Assembly: GCA_965112735.1 (NCBI GenBank)
Contig: OZ218955.1
Location: 4,034,409-4,098,408, forward strand
Length of the DNA stretch: 64,000 bases
Reading direction: 5' to 3'
Origin: Phaeosaccion multiseriatum
Lineage: Eukaryota > Protista > Ochrophyta, other classes
Below the pieces are notes generated by a model. It saw only the letters and a program-made list of their open reading frames with translations. It did not search any database and was not told where the DNA came from. Below, in pieces: positions 59,501 to 64,000 of this stretch (positions within the stretch are counted from its first letter, which is position 1; every line of letters begins with the position of its first letter). A program made the position numbers and the translations under genes.

Positions 59501-62500
59501 GTTAGGGTTAGGGTTAGGGTTAGGGTTAGGGTTAGGGTTAGGGTTAGGGTTAGGGTTAGGGTTAGGGTTAGGGTTAGGGTTAGGGTTAGGGTTAGGGTTA
59601 GGGTTAGGGTTAGGGTTAGGGTTAGGGTTAGGGTTAGGGTTAGGGTTAGGGTTAGGGTTAGGGTTAGGGTTAGGGTTAGGGTTAGGGTTAGGGTTAGGGT
59701 TAGGGTTAGGGTTAGGGTTAGGGTTAGGGTTAGGGTTAGGGTTAGGGTTAGGGTTAGGGTTAGGGTTAGGGTTAGGGTTAGGGTTAGGGTTAGGGTTAGG
59801 GTTAGGGTTAGGGTTAGGGTTAGGGTTAGGGTTAGGGTTAGGGTTAGGGTTAGGGTTAGGGTTAGGGTTAGGGTTAGGGTTAGGGTTAGGGTTAGGGTTA
59901 GGGTTAGGGTTAGGGTTAGGGTTAGGGTTAGGGTTAGGGTTAGGGTTAGGGTTAGGGTTAGGGTTAGGGTTAGGGTTAGGGTTAGGGTTAGGGTTAGGGT
60001 TAGGGTTAGGGTTAGGGTTAGGGTTAGGGTTAGGGTTAGGGTTAGGGTTAGGGTTAGGGTTAGGGTTAGGGTTAGGGTTAGGGTTAGGGTTAGGGTTAGG
60101 GTTAGGGTTAGGGTTAGGGTTAGGGTTAGGGTTAGGGTTAGGGTTAGGGTTAGGGTTAGGGTTAGGGTTAGGGTTAGGGTTAGGGTTAGGGTTAGGGTTA
60201 GGGTTAGGGTTAGGGTTAGGGTTAGGGTTAGGGTTAGGGTTAGGGTTAGGGTTAGGGTTAGGGTTAGGGTTAGGGTTAGGGTTAGGGTTAGGGTTAGGGT
60301 TAGGGTTAGGGTTAGGGTTAGGGTTAGGGTTAGGGTTAGGGTTAGGGTTAGGGTTAGGGTTAGGGTTAGGGTTAGGGTTAGGGTTAGGGTTAGGGTTAGG
60401 GTTAGGGTTAGGGTTAGGGTTAGGGTTAGGGTTAGGGTTAGGGTTAGGGTTAGGGTTAGGGTTAGGGTTAGGGTTAGGGTTAGGGTTAGGGTTAGGGTTA
60501 GGGTTAGGGTTAGGGTTAGGGTTAGGGTTAGGGTTAGGGTTAGGGTTAGGGTTAGGGTTAGGGTTAGGGTTAGGGTTAGGGTTAGGGTTAGGGTTAGGGT
60601 TAGGGTTAGGGTTAGGGTTAGGGTTAGGGTTAGGGTTAGGGTTAGGGTTAGGGTTAGGGTTAGGGTTAGGGTTAGGGTTAGGGTTAGGGTTAGGGTTAGG
60701 GTTAGGGTTAGGGTTAGGGTTAGGGTTAGGGTTAGGGTTAGGGTTAGGGTTAGGGTTAGGGTTAGGGTTAGGGTTAGGGTTAGGGTTAGGGTTAGGGTTA
60801 GGGTTAGGGTTAGGGTTAGGGTTAGGGTTAGGGTTAGGGTTAGGGTTAGGGTTAGGGTTAGGGTTAGGGTTAGGGTTAGGGTTAGGGTTAGGGTTAGGGT
60901 TAGGGTTAGGGTTAGGGTTAGGGTTAGGGTTAGGGTTAGGGTTAGGGTTAGGGTTAGGGTTAGGGTTAGGGTTAGGGTTAGGGTTAGGGTTAGGGTTAGG
61001 GTTAGGGTTAGGGTTAGGGTTAGGGTTAGGGTTAGGGTTAGGGTTAGGGTTAGGGTTAGGGTTAGGGTTAGGGTTAGGGTTAGGGTTAGGGTTAGGGTTA
61101 GGGTTAGGGTTAGGGTTAGGGTTAGGGTTAGGGTTAGGGTTAGGGTTAGGGTTAGGGTTAGGGTTAGGGTTAGGGTTAGGGTTAGGGTTAGGGTTAGGGT
61201 TAGGGTTAGGGTTAGGGTTAGGGTTAGGGTTAGGGTTAGGGTTAGGGTTAGGGTTAGGGTTAGGGTTAGGGTTAGGGTTAGGGTTAGGGTTAGGGTTAGG
61301 GTTAGGGTTAGGGTTAGGGTTAGGGTTAGGGTTAGGGTTAGGGTTAGGGTTAGGGTTAGGGTTAGGGTTAGGGTTAGGGTTAGGGTTAGGGTTAGGGTTA
61401 GGGTTAGGGTTAGGGTTAGGGTTAGGGTTAGGGTTAGGGTTAGGGTTAGGGTTAGGGTTAGGGTTAGGGTTAGGGTTAGGGTTAGGGTTAGGGTTAGGGT
61501 TAGGGTTAGGGTTAGGGTTAGGGTTAGGGTTAGGGTTAGGGTTAGGGTTAGGGTTAGGGTTAGGGTTAGGGTTAGGGTTAGGGTTAGGGTTAGGGTTAGG
61601 GTTAGGGTTAGGGTTAGGGTTAGGGTTAGGGTTAGGGTTAGGGTTAGGGTTAGGGTTAGGGTTAGGGTTAGGGTTAGGGTTAGGGTTAGGGTTAGGGTTA
61701 GGGTTAGGGTTAGGGTTAGGGTTAGGGTTAGGGTTAGGGTTAGGGTTAGGGTTAGGGTTAGGGTTAGGGTTAGGGTTAGGGTTAGGGTTAGGGTTAGGGT
61801 TAGGGTTAGGGTTAGGGTTAGGGTTAGGGTTAGGGTTAGGGTTAGGGTTAGGGTTAGGGTTAGGGTTAGGGTTAGGGTTAGGGTTAGGGTTAGGGTTAGG
61901 GTTAGGGTTAGGGTTAGGGTTAGGGTTAGGGTTAGGGTTAGGGTTAGGGTTAGGGTTAGGGTTAGGGTTAGGGTTAGGGTTAGGGTTAGGGTTAGGGTTA
62001 GGGTTAGGGTTAGGGTTAGGGTTAGGGTTAGGGTTAGGGTTAGGGTTAGGGTTAGGGTTAGGGTTAGGGTTAGGGTTAGGGTTAGGGTTAGGGTTAGGGT
62101 TAGGGTTAGGGTTAGGGTTAGGGTTAGGGTTAGGGTTAGGGTTAGGGTTAGGGTTAGGGTTAGGGTTAGGGTTAGGGTTAGGGTTAGGGTTAGGGTTAGG
62201 GTTAGGGTTAGGGTTAGGGTTAGGGTTAGGGTTAGGGTTAGGGTTAGGGTTAGGGTTAGGGTTAGGGTTAGGGTTAGGGTTAGGGTTAGGGTTAGGGTTA
62301 GGGTTAGGGTTAGGGTTAGGGTTAGGGTTAGGGTTAGGGTTAGGGTTAGGGTTAGGGTTAGGGTTAGGGTTAGGGTTAGGGTTAGGGTTAGGGTTAGGGT
62401 TAGGGTTAGGGTTAGGGTTAGGGTTAGGGTTAGGGTTAGGGTTAGGGTTAGGGTTAGGGTTAGGGTTAGGGTTAGGGTTAGGGTTAGGGTTAGGGTTAGG

Positions 62501-64000
62501 GTTAGGGTTAGGGTTAGGGTTAGGGTTAGGGTTAGGGTTAGGGTTAGGGTTAGGGTTAGGGTTAGGGTTAGGGTTAGGGTTAGGGTTAGGGTTAGGGTTA
62601 GGGTTAGGGTTAGGGTTAGGGTTAGGGTTAGGGTTAGGGTTAGGGTTAGGGTTAGGGTTAGGGTTAGGGTTAGGGTTAGGGTTAGGGTTAGGGTTAGGGT
62701 TAGGGTTAGGGTTAGGGTTAGGGTTAGGGTTAGGGTTAGGGTTAGGGTTAGGGTTAGGGTTAGGGTTAGGGTTAGGGTTAGGGTTAGGGTTAGGGTTAGG
62801 GTTAGGGTTAGGGTTAGGGTTAGGGTTAGGGTTAGGGTTAGGGTTAGGGTTAGGGTTAGGGTTAGGGTTAGGGTTAGGGTTAGGGTTAGGGTTAGGGTTA
62901 GGGTTAGGGTTAGGGTTAGGGTTAGGGTTAGGGTTAGGGTTAGGGTTAGGGTTAGGGTTAGGGTTAGGGTTAGGGTTAGGGTTAGGGTTAGGGTTAGGGT
63001 TAGGGTTAGGGTTAGGGTTAGGGTTAGGGTTAGGGTTAGGGTTAGGGTTAGGGTTAGGGTTAGGGTTAGGGTTAGGGTTAGGGTTAGGGTTAGGGTTAGG
63101 GTTAGGGTTAGGGTTAGGGTTAGGGTTAGGGTTAGGGTTAGGGTTAGGGTTAGGGTTAGGGTTAGGGTTAGGGTTAGGGTTAGGGTTAGGGTTAGGGTTA
63201 GGGTTAGGGTTAGGGTTAGGGTTAGGGTTAGGGTTAGGGTTAGGGTTAGGGTTAGGGTTAGGGTTAGGGTTAGGGTTAGGGTTAGGGTTAGGGTTAGGGT
63301 TAGGGTTAGGGTTAGGGTTAGGGTTAGGGTTAGGGTTAGGGTTAGGGTTAGGGTTAGGGTTAGGGTTAGGGTTAGGGTTAGGGTTAGGGTTAGGGTTAGG
63401 GTTAGGGTTAGGGTTAGGGTTAGGGTTAGGGTTAGGGTTAGGGTTAGGGTTAGGGTTAGGGTTAGGGTTAGGGTTAGGGTTAGGGTTAGGGTTAGGGTTA
63501 GGGTTAGGGTTAGGGTTAGGGTTAGGGTTAGGGTTAGGGTTAGGGTTAGGGTTAGGGTTAGGGTTAGGGTTAGGGTTAGGGTTAGGGTTAGGGTTAGGGT
63601 TAGGGTTAGGGTTAGGGTTAGGGTTAGGGTTAGGGTTAGGGTTAGGGTTAGGGTTAGGGTTAGGGTTAGGGTTAGGGTTAGGGTTAGGGTTAGGGTTAGG
63701 GTTAGGGTTAGGGTTAGGGTTAGGGTTAGGGTTAGGGTTAGGGTTAGGGTTAGGGTTAGGGTTAGGGTTAGGGTTAGGGTTAGGGTTAGGGTTAGGGTTA
63801 GGGTTAGGGTTAGGGTTAGGGTTAGGGTTAGGGTTAGGGTTAGGGTTAGGGTTAGGGTTAGGGTTAGGGTTAGGGTTAGGGTTAGGGTTAGGGTTAGTTA
63901 GGGTTAGGGTTAGGGTTAGGGTTAGGGTTAGGGTTAGGGTTAGGGTTAGGGTTAGGGTTAGGGTTAGGTTGGGGTTAGGGTTAGGGTTAGGGTTAGGGTT
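53576..64000 (+). repeat. Telomere (TTAGGG)n, ~10.4 kb
   Basis: Almost pure TTAGGG to the window end, with the G-rich strand running 5'->3' toward the end. Confidence 0.99.

Noticed and set aside
63890-64000. Distal telomere variants
   Set aside because: They sit at the extreme contig end and are most likely read or consensus errors.

Overview
Right end of a eukaryotic chromosome from a GC-rich, intron-rich genome, probably a flagellated protist such as a stramenopile (inferred from HYDIN and the RPS24 sequence; not provable here). Bases 1 to ~49,500 hold eight spliced genes with canonical GT-AG introns wherever I checked. They are HYDIN (minus, 3' end outside the window), MAD2, a coiled-coil/2xGAF/2xWW protein, a UBC12-like E2 whose catalytic Cys is replaced by Arg, a flavin amine (polyamine-type) oxidase, an ELL-N-terminal-like + qRRM-like protein, RPS24, and a kinesin-3-like motor with a ~390-aa loop-12 insertion. 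The subtelomere is very short (~3.7 kb). In order it contains (TCCC)n, a ~176-bp satellite interrupted by a ~665-bp insert that ends in a TG...CA LTR-like unit, and a palindrome-rich 42-bp satellite. About 10.4 kb of nearly pure (TTAGGG)n telomere follows. The strongest unexplained signal is a pair of dispersed motifs, GATGGCAGTG(GA) and TATGGGCA. Each occurs at least 16 times, with the G-rich form near intron 5' ends and the reverse complement near 3' ends, so introns look mirror-symmetric. Exon coordinates and motif counts were read by eye and may be off by a few bases or copies.
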